Source: Octopus bimaculoides | Taxonomy: Eukaryota | Reading direction: 5' to 3' | NCBI RefSeq assembly: GCF_001194135.2 | Contig: NC_068998.1 | Location: 27,865,737-27,929,736 of the forward strand | Length of the DNA stretch: 64,000 nucleotides | Part shown: positions 1 to 11,290 of the stretch, in pieces | How the letters are laid out: every line of letters starts with the position of its first letter | Position numbering within the stretch: position 1 is the first letter of the stretch | Notes under the pieces: generated by a model | Told to the model about the DNA's origin: nothing | Databases searched by the model: none | The model's input: only the letters and a program-made list of their open reading frames with translations | Translations under genes and position numbers: made by a program

Positions 1-213
1 TTCTGGCGTGTGTTTATACCATCTTTTTTCTGTTGTTATTCCATAGTGTTGGCATAGCTTCCAGTGTATATAGGTCCCAGCTCTGTCGTGTCTGTGAATA
101 TATTCCTTCTTAGCCAGGACTGGGCAGCCAGAGATAATATGATTTATTGTTTCTTGTCGATCTCCACATATTCTACAGTTACTTGTTATATTTCTTTTCA
201 TTATGTGTTTTTG
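1..213 (-). mobile_element. Dong/R4-type RLE non-LTR retrotransposon fragment (CCHC zinc-knuckle region)
   Basis: Minus strand reads QKHIMKRNITSNCRICGDRQETINHIISGCPVLAKKEYIHRHDRAGTYIHWKLCQHYG, i.e. CxxC..H..C followed by RHD..IHW.LC, typical of R2/R4 RLE elements. Confidence 0.85.
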
Positions 214-216
214 GTA

Positions 217-281
<65 letters not shown>
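217..281. repeat. (TTA)n microsatellite
   Basis: Pure trinucleotide array between two LINE fragments. Confidence 0.98.
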
Positions 282-1101
282 CTGATCGCCTGTACATGAA
301 GAGAGGAAATGGAGGAACAGGAATGATAAATGTAGAAGACTGCGTGCGTATCGAGCTCAAGAGCTTAATGAGATACCTAGCCCAAAGTAAGGAAACCTTA
401 CTAGTGGTCAGTTAGGAACGAGAGAGTATTGAAAGCAGAGAAAAAAGGAAAAACAAAGGAAGGAGTACAAAAAGGACATGAAGAAGATTTACGCAACTTG
501 GGACTACACAATCAATTCCATGTAGCCACAACAAAAGTTGATGGAAAATATAGATAGGATTGGCTGAAGAAAGGAACTCTAAAAAAGTGATCAAGAGCAC
601 TATACTGGCAGCACAAGACCAAGCTTTGGCCAAGAACTGAAGGGTCGACCTTAAGAGTATGCAAGTGTCTCCGCTGTACCACATCTGTAATAGAGTGGAT
701 GAAACCATTGCCCATATCACAAACGAATACTCTAGACTTGCCTAAAACCACTACAAGTTGTGGAACGATGAGGTAGCGAAAATGCTACATTGGAAACTGT
801 GCGAAAAGTGGGGGCTAGAGAGAGGCAAGGCGCGGTATGAGCACAGACCGCAGAAAGTGGCGGAGTCAGAGACGAGCAAAATCCTCTGGGATTTCCCAAT
901 CCAAACAGATCAGGTTCTAGAGAAAAACAGACTAGATCTAGTGGTGGTCGAAAAAATACACCATATATGTTATATAGTTAATGTTGCATGGCCCTTTGAC
1001 CCAGGGATAATCAATAAGGAAGTCGAAAAAATAAATACAACCCTCTTAAGTGCAAAATAGCCGGCAATGAAAAATAAAGAAGGTGAAGATGGTACCAATT
1101 A
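282..1101 (+). mobile_element. Dong/R4-type RLE LINE fragment (post-RT region, CCHC remnant, RLE)
   Basis: DRLYMKRGNGGTGMINVEDC, AAQDQAL, and LHWKLCEKWG..KILWDFPIQTD..RLDLVV..VNVAWPFD (PD-(D/E)xK nuclease remnant); frameshifted. Confidence 0.85.
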
Positions 1102-1102
1102 C

Positions 1103-1175
<73 letters not shown>

Positions 1176-1191
1176 TAACAATAATAATAAT

Positions 1192-1242
<51 letters not shown>

Positions 1243-1261
1243 AATAATAATAATAATAATA
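1102..1261. repeat. Compound (AAT)n/(AAC)n/(AAT)n microsatellite
   Basis: Direct reading. Confidence 0.98.
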
Positions 1262-2370
1262 CTCAGTAACCAAACAGGCAAAGGAATATCCAAGTGAATT
1301 CCAAATACAACAAATTCCAGAATTAGACGTACTAGAAATAAGCACCGAAAAAGCTAAGCGTATGAAAACCCGTGCTAAAACTGCTGCCTTAGATATTCTT
1401 ACTGATAAATCGCAAGAAACACCTCTCGATGGCAAATACCCAAAGAGAGCTAATAGTGATGATATTGACAAAGCCCTTACCATCAATGGTTAGTGGCTTC
1501 TGGCTTAAACTCAGAAACAGAAAGGTTTACCATAGCAGCCCAAGATCAATGCCTACCTACAAGAAACTACAAGGTCAACATATTAAAGAACGGCAGCTGC
1601 CTAACAAGTCGTGTATGTCAACAACAAAATGTTGTCTCCATGTGCAGTCTTCTTGCGCCTATAGAGTATCTCAACAGGCACGATAGAGCAGCACAATATA
1701 TTCACTGGGTAATTTGCAAAAACATGGACCTGCCCCATGATTAAAAAAAAAAAAACTGGTGGGAACACAAATCACCTCCAGTACTTGAAAATGATCACAT
1801 TTCACTCCCCTGGAACTCCACCATTCAAACTAACAGAAAGATAGATGCGAATAGGCTGGACATTATATTGAAAGACTTCAGACAAAAATCATGCCTCTAC
1901 GTTGATATGACTGTCCCAATCGATATAAACGCATCTGTCAAGACCTACCAAAAATTGAGCAAGTAAAAAGATCTTGAAATAGAAATTGGCAAAATGTGGA
2001 ACCTCAAGACTAAAACAACACCTGTCGTCATAAGTGCCTTAGGAATGATAGCAAAAGGGGGCTGATTGTTACCTAGCTCAGATACCAAGAAACCCCAAAA
2101 TTGCAGACATTCCCATTGCTCATGGGAACTACCCATATCCTACGTAAAATACTGTCTATGTAATCTCAAATTTTAAAACAAACTCATAATTTTATTATCT
2201 TTTCTTAAACATTCTCTAGAAGAATACTATGTACAGAACCAAATATATGGCACCCTAGGCATAGCACAAACATGGACTTCTAACTTGTTGTCTCTTGAGG
2301 TCTTTGGGTGAGACTTGGAGCCAACTTGTACAAATATAAAGCAAAAGTCAAACATATAATAATAATAACA
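1262..2370 (+). mobile_element. Dong/R4-type RLE LINE 3' fragment with 3' UTR and TAA tail
   Basis: AAQDQCLPTRNY, RHDRAAQYIHWVICK, NRLDIILKD..VDMTVP..KDLEIEIGKMW..VISALG; ends in ataataataataa. Confidence 0.85.
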
Positions 2371-2380
2371 ATTTTTTTTT

Positions 2381-3970
2381 ACCTTTAATCTGCATATTAG
2401 TTACAATCACTCGCTGAGATACACCCAGCGTCCTGGGGTGAGTGAAGGATAAGAGATGTTACAGTATAACCGAAAGCTTGGGGAGGGGAAGTGGAAGGGG
2501 CAGTAGTGAAATATCTTCATGTAATACAGCACAGACATTTAAATTGATAGGGTTTTTCTAAGGACGTGGGCAGTACTTGTCAGCACAATCTTTTGGCTTT
2601 CGCTGAGACATGGTTCTCCTGGGATCTTATCTAGATATTTCTGACATCCCTTTTTATCATACCTAGGGCACCCACAATAACAGGAACAGTTCTAGCTTTA
2701 AGATGCCACATCTTTCGTATTTCAATTTCCAGGCCCTTATATTTACTTAATTTGTCAAATTCCTTTACAGATATATTTTTATCAGTGGGAAGTATTTTCT
2801 GCCTTGTCTTTAATAATTATCTCTGGTCGATTAGCCTGGATTGTTCTGTCAGTGTTGACTGGAAAATCCCAGAGAATAGTAACATTCTTACCTTCAACGA
2901 CTGGCTCAGGATGATGTTCACACCAGTAAGCAGGAGTGCTGATTTTATAGTTTACATATTTTCCAATGTAAATACTATCGTGACGATTTTTGTATTCGTT
3001 TGGTGTCAACACAGGACATCCCGAGACGAGATGGTCTATTGTTTCGTCAAATGTGTCGCAGAATCTGCATTTAGGATCAGAACCATTTAGAAGAACATCA
3101 GCCTGTTAGTTTTTTGTAAGCAAGCTTTGATCTTGTGCCACCAATATGAAACTTTCAGTCTCTACTTTCAGCCACTGACGGGTTGTTTTTTGGTCTACAT
3201 CAGCATTTCGACTTCGAAGTATATACTGTCCATGCAGAGGTTTCTGGTTCCATCTCTCCTCAATTTGTTTCTGCCCGTTCTATTTTGCAGTCTGTTTGAT
3301 CCGTTTTGCTTGCTTTACGGCAGTGGTTTCAGGTTCTTCATCTATTTCAGGGTCAATTCCAAATTCCCTTGCAAATTGCGAGCTTCATTGACAATAGAAT
3401 GTGATTTTTTGCTTCTTTCGTGTTTGCACACAAGACGCAACATCCAGTCCTTTGTAATAGATAAATACCTGTTCCTTGCTATTGTGGAGGTCTTATAACA
3501 CAGTTTCACCTGCATCATTCCTCTTCCTCCATTGTTTCTAGGTAGGCACATACGATCAACGTTTGCTTTCGTGTGGTGCATGTTCTTAGATGTTAGTAGT
3601 TTTCTTGTCTTCCTGTCTAGACGTTGAAGCTCTGTAAGATTCCAGTTAATGATGTTAAAACTATATTGGACTACTGGAAGTGCCAGGGTGTTAATGGCTG
3701 CGATGCGATTTTTCGAGTTAAGTACAGTTTTTAGTATGAGTCTTACACTTCTGTCATACACCTTTCTTATTATTTCCTTCTTAGTAGCATGTTGTATACC
3801 ATCTCCTTCGTTTATCCCCAGGTATTTGTAATTTTCTTAGGGCGTCAAGCTCCTTGATGGTAGCATCGGCATCTAATTTAATGGAAGCTGTTTACCTGAG
3901 CTTGCCTCTTATAAAAGATGCATCAAGGCCAAAATCCACTCCGCTGTCATTGCTGAAACAGTTGTTAGCA
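2381..3970 (-). mobile_element. Dong/R4-type RLE LINE 3' half (end of RT to RLE)
   Basis: ORF 3342-3761 (LNSKNRIAAINTLALPVVQYSF..LDRKTRKLL..DRMCLPRNNGGRG) and ORF 2782-3012 (RHDSI..ILWDFPVNTDRTIQANRPEII). Confidence 0.85.
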
Positions 3971-3975
3971 TTTAT

Positions 3976-4006
3976 ATTATTATCATTATTATTATCATTA
4001 TTATTA

Positions 4007-4061
<55 letters not shown>
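3976..4061. repeat. (TTA)n/(TCA) microsatellite, tail of the 4062-5830 element
   Basis: Direct reading. Confidence 0.97.
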
Positions 4062-4062
<1 letters not shown>

Positions 4063-5830
4063 GCCTTTGCACAGCTTCTGACGCTGGTGATCTACTAGGG
4101 TGTCAGCTATTCACTACCAGTGAACTAAGGTAACACCCCTTATTTTTCGAGCACCATCTGGAGTATTCGAGTGATTCCCAGCAGTCCTGTTTTCTGCAAG
4201 AGTTCCACCCTTATTGCAGCTCCTATTTGTTCCATTGTGAAGGCGCATGGCTCAGTGGTTAGAGCGTCGAGCTTACGATCGTGAGGTAGTGAGTTCGATT
4301 CCCGGACCGGGCTTGAGCAAGACACTTTATTTCACGTTGCTCCAGTTAACTCAGCTGTAGAAATGAGTTGCAACATCACTGATGCCAAGCTTTATCGGCC
4401 TTTGCCTTTCCCTTGGATAACATCAGTGGTGTGGAGAGGGGAGTCTGGTATGCATGGGCGACTGCTGGCCTTCCACAAACAAACTTGCCCAGACTTGTGC
4501 CTCGGAGGGTAACTTTCTAGCTGCAATCCCATGGTCATTCATGACCAAAGGGGTCTTCTCATTCGTTCCATGTACTTCTCAAGATTTTTACTCACTGTTC
4601 CCAGGGCACCGACAATTATTGGTACTATTATTTCTTCCTTATCGCATACCTTGTTGTCAGCAGGGCATGCTATATCTATGATCCAGCATCGTTTACTTTC
4701 TTTCTCAGTTAACACTATGTCTGGTTTCCTATTCTCTATCTCATGGTCGCACTGAATCATAAAATGCCATAGGATCTTTGCATTATCATTTTCGACGATG
4801 CCTTCGGGTTTATGTTCGTATCACATTTTTGCTCTGTCAAGTCCATACATGTTGCAAAGTGTCCAATGGACAATCCTTGCTATATTGTCATAGTGTCTCT
4901 TATATTCTTTTGGTATTCATTGACTGGTAATATACCATACGGTTTCACCATTTCCTCCACAAATTCTCCACTTATCACTTTCTGATGTGTTGCCTATTTT
5001 GTATTTGATGTAATTGGTTCTTAATGCTTGCTCTTTGGCAGCACAGATTAGATCCACCGTTTCCGGTTTTAAATCACTTTTAGTCATCTATAGCTATCTT
5101 TTTTCTCTGTCTGTCCTATCTTCAACATCCCTATGAAATTGTCCATGCATTCTTTTCTTTACCTATTTTAAGTTTCATTCATTCTCAAGTGCTTGTACAG
5201 TACTTTATCTTTGCAATCTCCCATCCTACACAAGCCTGACCTTCTTACTTCCAATAATAGCGGTTCTGTGGCATTTTTTACATACCATGCTATGTTGTTT
5301 TCTGCTCTAATGCTGTGTTCGCATCCAATCAGTCCTCTTACCCCTCTTTTTCTTGGTACATACAGTCTGTCTGTGTCACTCTTTAGGTAGAGTATACCAT
5401 ATCTAGTCAGTAACTTCTTTATCTTTCTGTCTAAGCTGTTTAGTTCGTCTACTGTCCATGCGATTACCCTTGCTCCATATCTAGGGAGTGAAACCGCCTA
5501 GGTGTTGATAGCTTCAATCTTATTCCATCCGTTTAATTTCGACTTAAGGATCAGTCTCAGTCTGCGCAAGTACTCCACCTTAAATTTTTCTGTCATTTCT
5601 TTCTCCATCAATTTATCCATTTCCAATCTCCCCAGGTTTTTATAGCCTATCTCTTCTATCTGCTTCATAACCTCCCCCGACGGTATCGCTAGCCCGTCCA
5701 TACATTTGATTTTGCCTCTAATCAAGACTAACACACCACACTTTTTCTGTCGTAACTCCATTCTGATATTAGCACTGAAAGTATACACCGTATCAACGAG
5801 GACACTGACTTGGGATTCATCTTTACCATA
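4062..5830 (-). mobile_element. Dong/R4-type RLE LINE 3' part, interrupted by a SINE; same family as 42795-45460
   Basis: VELLQKTGLLGITRIL, ENRKPDIVL..CWIIDIACPAD, YLRRLRLILKSKLNG; co-linear with the copy at 42795 onward, with scattered substitutions. Confidence 0.9.
4236..4560 (+). mobile_element. tRNA-derived SINE with 11-bp TSD
   Basis: A-box-like TGGCTCAGTGG and B-box GTTCGATTCCC; flanked by ATTTGTTCCAT (4225-4235) and ATTCGTTCCAT (4561-4571). Confidence 0.9.
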
Positions 5831-5868
5831 TAGTTTGAGGTATTATTATACTTATTATTATTATTATT

Positions 5869-7690
5869 GCAGGAAGAAGGCTAGAGAAACGCATGATCTA
5901 TTATCCATAGACAAAGCAGTCCTAAATTAAGTAAAATCTAGAAAGAAAAATCTAACAGTAGCATGGATAAAGTATAAGAAAGCCTATGACATGATCTCAC
6001 ACTCATGGATAAGTAAATGTTTGAGTATATTCAGTATAGTAGACAACATATGAGAATGAATTTGCTTCAGCATGAAGAAATAGAAAGTAGATCTCTACTC
6101 AGGTGACAGTCTTAGGGAAAGTTAATATCAAGGGAGAAATTTTCCAAGGAGACTCGTTATGCCTTTTAATATTTGTCGTATGAACGTATAATGATCCCCC
6201 TCAGTTTAGTATTAAGAAAGGGGGAAATTAACCATTTGCTCTATATGGACGATCTGAAGCTTTTTAGTAAGAATAAAAAAGAGATAGATCCCTTAATACA
6301 GACTGAGACTTTTCAGCAGAGATATAGGCATGGAATTTGACATAAATAAGTGTGCAATATTAGTCACAAGAAGGGGACAGGAAGCCAACAGGGAAGGCAT
6401 CCAATTACCAAATGGCCAGACATTAAAATCATTGAAAGGAGGAGAGAGTTATAAGTATCTAGGAGTATTAGAATCTGACAGAGTAATAACTATAGAAATG
6501 AAAACGAAAGTTGAAAAGGAGTACATCAGAAGGATGAGGAAGCTAATGAAGTCACAACTAAATGATTCGAATCTAGTGAAAGCTGTAAAGACTGGGACAG
6601 TGTCATTACTTAAATATTCAGCAGCTTTTGTAGATTGGACAAAAACTGAATTAGCAAAGCTAGACAGAATGAATAGAGGACCCCACCCAATGGCAGGAGT
6701 AGCAAGATTATACTTACCTAGAAAGGAAGGTGGAAGAGGATCAATATCAGCAGAAGTCTGCGTGGAATTAGCTAGAGTAGATATAGATTCCTATGTAGGT
6801 AATAGTGCAGAAAGTTTATTAAGAGTTGCTAGAGTCACAAGACAGGGAAACCAAAAAGCAAAACGAAGTTAAAAACCAGAAAAAAAGAACAAAATTATCT
6901 GACTGGCAGGAGAAGGCTTTACATGGTAGTTTCCCAAATATAGTTGCAGCAAGTAGTAGTAGTGAGACATGGGTATGGTTGCAGAAACGAAGGCTGAAAA
7001 GGGAGACAAAAAGTTGTTAGTAGCAGCACAAGATCAAGCAATAAAGGCTAATTGGATAAAAGCCAATATAGACAAAATACAAGTAGATTCCCAGTGTAGG
7101 TGTTGCAAATCAAAAAGGAAAGTGTTTCTCATATAGTAGAGAATGTAGTATGCTGGCACAGGAAGAATACAAGAAAAGATATGACAACCTAGGGAGAGTA
7201 ATCCACTGGGAGTTATGTAGAAAGCTAGGATTTGAACATACTGATAAATGGTATGAACATGAACCTAGTAAAGTACGAGAAAGTAAGAAATATAAGATGT
7301 GGTGGGACTTTAACATTCAGAGTGACAGAGTAATAGAAGCCAGAAGGCCTGATTTAGTAGTAAGAGATAAAGAGCATAGAAAATGTCAGATAATTAACTT
7401 TACAGTCCCAAATGATAAAAAAATCAATATGAGAAGTATAGAAAACGATAGCAAAGTACCAGGACCTGGCCATTGTATTACAGAGACTATGGAAAGTGGG
7501 AGTCAAATGTATCTCATTAGTTATGGGTGCATTAGGAACTATCACTAAAGATTTGAACAGATGGATAGAGGAAATAGGCATAAAACCCAGTTTGGTACAG
7601 CTCCAGAAAACAGTGTTATTAGGGACAACTAGGATACTTAGGAGGGGTCTTGGCATCCAAGGTTATTTGTTGTAGCCCGATGTTAGGACT
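5869..7690 (+). mobile_element. Dong/R4-type RLE LINE (RT motifs to RLE), 5'-truncated
   Basis: AWIKYKKAYDMISHSW, FQGDSL, YMDDLK (6242-6259), YKYLGVLE, RLYLPRKEGGRG, IHWELCRKLG..WWDFNIQSDRVIEARRPDLVV. Confidence 0.92.
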
Positions 7691-7729
7691 TTTTCTTTTC
7701 GAATAATCTAATCTGTTGTGTGTATGTGA

Positions 7730-7746
7730 ATAATAATAACAACAAC

Positions 7747-7790
<44 letters not shown>

Positions 7791-7805
7791 TGACGATGAT
7801 GAAGT

Positions 7806-7860
<55 letters not shown>
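7730..7860. repeat. Compound AAT-AAC-GAC-GAT microsatellite
   Basis: Direct reading. Confidence 0.97.
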
Positions 7861-7862
<2 letters not shown>

Positions 7863-8072
7863 AAAATTTTGACACAAGGCCAGCAATTTTGGGATGGAGG
7901 GCTACGTCGATTACGTCAACCCCAGTGCTCAACTGGTACTCTTTTTTATCGACCCCGAATTTGATGAAAGGCAAAGTCAACCTCGGCTGAATTTGAACTC
8001 GGAACGTAAAGACGGACAAAATGCCGCTCAGCATTTAGCCCGCCGTGCTAACAAATCTGCGAATTTGCCGCT
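7861..8072 (-). mobile_element. SINE (family with head GGCGGCGAGCTGGCAGAA; other copies at 25091, 45500, 46240)
   Basis: Reverse complement matches the other copies (ACGTTCYGAGTTCAAATTC..CCGAGGTYGACTTT.CCTTTCATC). Confidence 0.85.
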
Positions 8073-8486
8073 TTATTAACAACAACAACAACAATAATAA
8101 TCATAATAATAATAACCGAGGCAACTTTATTGCATGAAAAATAATAGACGTAATTAAATTACTATTTGATTTGCCAATTAAGATATTTGTTAATCTTTTT
8201 CGAAAAGTTGTCTGCGCATTTAAAGCTATGCAATTTCATGCTGAACATAATAATAATCATATCCTGTTTACCATCGTAGTATTGTAATAAATTTCCTACA
8301 AATATTTGTTTACCAAAAATAATGTAATTTAATTAAGAAAACATAAAACATATATCCTGTAGTCGTTTGCTACTTGTAGAAAAACGTGACGCATCACATG
8401 TTTGTTGTGAGTCAGCAAAAATATCGACAATATGTCACTTTCGTTCTTCCTTAATTGCAACAATTAAAATGTTCTAATTAACATAC

Positions 8487-8638
8487 CAAATCACGTGGTT
8501 GCAGACTCGCTTCCGACGAGTTATGGTGGACAGGACAGCCTTCTTGGTGATTCCTTTTCTAAAGTATTCCTTGACTTTTCTTCTTCAGATGGTCGATGGC
8601 AAAAATAGTTTCTAAATGAAGACATTAATAGAATGCTC
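8487..8638 (-). other. Candidate host exon (splice signals only)
   Basis: Acceptor ccttctgcttttcag|G at 8638 and donor TTG|gtatgt at 8487. One frame is open until TAA near 8521 (SILLMSSFRNYFCHRPSEEEKSRNTLEKESPRRLSCPP*). No recognisable homology. Confidence 0.25.
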
Positions 8639-9269
8639 CTGAAAAGCAGAAGGTTTGCTAGTTGTGTGTTTCTTTTTTTAATTCTCTGGGGTATTTTCAT
8701 ATAACAGGGATTGGTTTTTAACTAGAACACAATGATCCATCGCTTACATAACAAGTTAAGAGTTGTATGTCAAATTTTTGAGGATCTTATGTATTGTCAC
8801 TGTTCCGCTTATTGATTGAATTTGAAGAATACGTGTTAGATGTTGTCTTTCTTCGGTTGAAAAATCTCAGGCTTTCCGAGATTGCTTATTAAACTTTTTT
8901 AATACAATACTAAGTAATATTGTATGCGTGTCGAATATATAATTTTATAGACACCAATGCAGAAGCATAATCTGGGCTAAGAATATGTAGGTTGGAGCAG
9001 TTGATCTTAAATGCTTATTTTTCTCACTAATTTTCAATGAAATATTCACATCAACTGGGTAAATGATCTTCACATCAGTCCAAACATTTTTGTTTTCTGT
9101 CCTGAACAATGTTCCTTGTATTGGAATATATAAATGTATTCCATATCAGAAATAATGTTTGTCCCAAATCAGTCCTTATTATGGAAGGGATTGCACATTG
9201 TTTTAGCAATGACCTATTTTGCATACGAAGGTAGTACCTCAGAAGACATCTTAGGTGATCTTTCGGTCA

Positions 9270-9610
9270 TTACCTAATATTCATAATCAGAGGTGACGAT
9301 AGGCACGAAAACTAAATTGAAGATAACAAGTTCGGCTTCTTTTCTACTTTTGCCTTTTCTGAAGATCGAATGCTGGAGTTGGCGCATTAGCAATTCTAGC
9401 ATCCAGTTCAGCCTCCAGTTTCCCATCACTCGTGAATATGGCTCGGAAATACTTAAAATCCACTTGCCTCTCTGATGTTCCACTAACATGCAGAGTGCAC
9501 TGAGAAGACTTTCCTGAGAGGATTAATGTTTCAGTCATCGTAATACTAATTCTCATTCCTGCTTTGCAACACTCGTCAGCGTACCTATTGAGTGCATACT
9601 GAAGATTGCA
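9270..9610 (-). mobile_element. RTE-clade LINE fragment (RT C-terminal part)
   Basis: CKAGMRIS..TETLILS..QVDFKYF..FTSDGKLEAELDARIANA, then LVIFNLVFVPIVTSDYE. Confidence 0.75.
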
Positions 9611-10487
9611 TAAGTAATACAATAGCACAGATATATATTTTGATCTTGATGCCTCGAATGTTCAGCACGTGTTTAGTAGTTATTTCCTGCTTTTGTTCTG
9701 AAAAAGCATAACCTTCGAAATGTGACGTAATGCAACAACCACGAAATTATCTACATTGGTGCCATTCTTATGTTTCGGGAAACTTACACTAACTTTTTGT
9801 TTGTATGCAAACTGTTCCTATACCAAGTTTTGTTGAAATATGTTGCACCAACAGTTCTAGTGCCTTGTGGAATATTTTGAGGACTGAAAACTCTTCCAAG
9901 AATTCACTCCTTAGTCCCTCTCCTCACATTTGAGTGCTTGGTTAAGTGATTTCCATTTAATGGTGTTGCTTAGCAGATATTTACCGAAGATATAATATAA
10001 CGTTTCAAGACTGCCTGAAGTGATCTTAAACTGTTTCCTCTATATTTTTTTCCCTCTAGGAGAGAGTTTTCATTGTCACTCTTTCAGTGGAAACTTACAG
10101 CTGATGCCAGGATTTTTCAGATTTTAATATCAAAGGAACAGAATTTCTCCATTGTCCAGCTAAGCAGCCGATGTCCTACAAAACATTGTGCACTATTATC
10201 TGGTAGTAAGAACTTAGCTCCAGTTGCCATATATTTTGAAAATTGGTTTATGGTCGCTCGATTATTTTTACAGCATCTTTGATAAATTTTCATCGATATC
10301 TAAGTATTAGTAATACTGTTTGAAAGGAAGAGAGGGGCTAGATTAACTATTTCTATTTATGTGTCTCTTTCGGAAAACTATGGACATATTGTCTGGCTAC
10401 ATTCTATCCTTGCATCAATGTATATACATATATATAACTCAATGATTGTATGACAATTTAATTTATTTTATACAAGGGTGGACTCTG

Positions 10488-10510
10488 CGTGTGAGTGTGT
10501 GCGTGCGTTC

Positions 10511-10566
<56 letters not shown>

Positions 10567-10585
10567 ATCCGTGTGTGTGTGTGTA
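10488..10585. repeat. (GT)n microsatellite
   Basis: Direct reading. Confidence 0.95.
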
Positions 10586-11044
10586 TAAAAACAGAACGAA
10601 CACACGTACACACTAATCTGCACTTATTCTTTCGAGTATCCATATGCACATACGTACACGCGCACATACATACATGCGCACACATATAGAAAGACACACA
10701 GAGAGAAAGGCAAATACACACACAGAGACCAGTACATACATGCATATAACAAAAGAAAATGTTCAAGCGTCTAACACCTTTCCCGAGACAGCCTTGTATA
10801 AATAAATTCTCTATTAAAATTAATTTCAACCCTCTTGGTAATGCGTCAACATTCGCTGTTGGTTTATCTCCCACCTCTGTGACTTTTCATAAGGTGACAG
10901 CCACCTTCAAGGTCTTGTCTAGGCTTGAACACGACATGTCAATACGAACCTGTGAATATATAATGAAGGGCAGAGTGAGAAGAGAATAACGGGTGTGTTG
11001 ATAGTGAATATAGAGTGAAGAGGTGGAAATGATCTGTTAATGTT

Positions 11045-11290
11045 AAGTGGATATATATTACAGAAACAATGAGCAATTGCTAGAAGATTGTTGAGTGAAA
11101 CCGAGCAATCCAGTTAATCTAGCAAGCGGGAATTCATCTCACTGAGGGGTGTCGGTGCACAATAATGCCTTCGAGAGTAAGGCTCCGAAACGGCGTGCAC
11201 TCTTTCCCGATGACCCCATAAGCTTGCAAGCATGCGGTATGCGAAGCTTTCAACTTGTAGATCTTGCATCTGCAAGTTGTTTACAAAAAA
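11045..11290 (+). mobile_element. Isolated 3' end (ORF tail plus 3' UTR) of a HERO-type element, directly upstream of the long copy
   Basis: 11161-11285 aligns ungapped to 14758-14882 (about 23 mismatches in 125 nt). ATGAGCAAT.GCTAGAA is shared further upstream. Ends GTTGTTTAC followed by an A6 run. Confidence 0.85.
11146..11213 (+). ncRNA. Candidate permuted (pseudoknotted) hammerhead ribozyme, copy 1
   Basis: GGGGT/GGCTCC, GTGCAC/GTGCAC, GCC.T/ACGGC, GAGAG/CTTTC pairings; core segments UC (11171-72), GAAAC (11187-91), CCGATGA (11207-13; U4C). Confidence 0.5.

Noticed and set aside
4239-4315. tRNA-like sequence with A and B boxes (similar heads at 18260-18330 and 24409)
   Set aside because: It continues into a SINE body, has a TSD, and forms no proper cloverleaf, so it is a SINE head rather than a tRNA gene.
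10030-10290. Strong plus-strand acceptor (ttttttccctctag|G at 10060) and a 69-aa ORF
   Set aside because: No convincing in-frame donor and no recognisable peptide; polypyrimidine-AG is common here.
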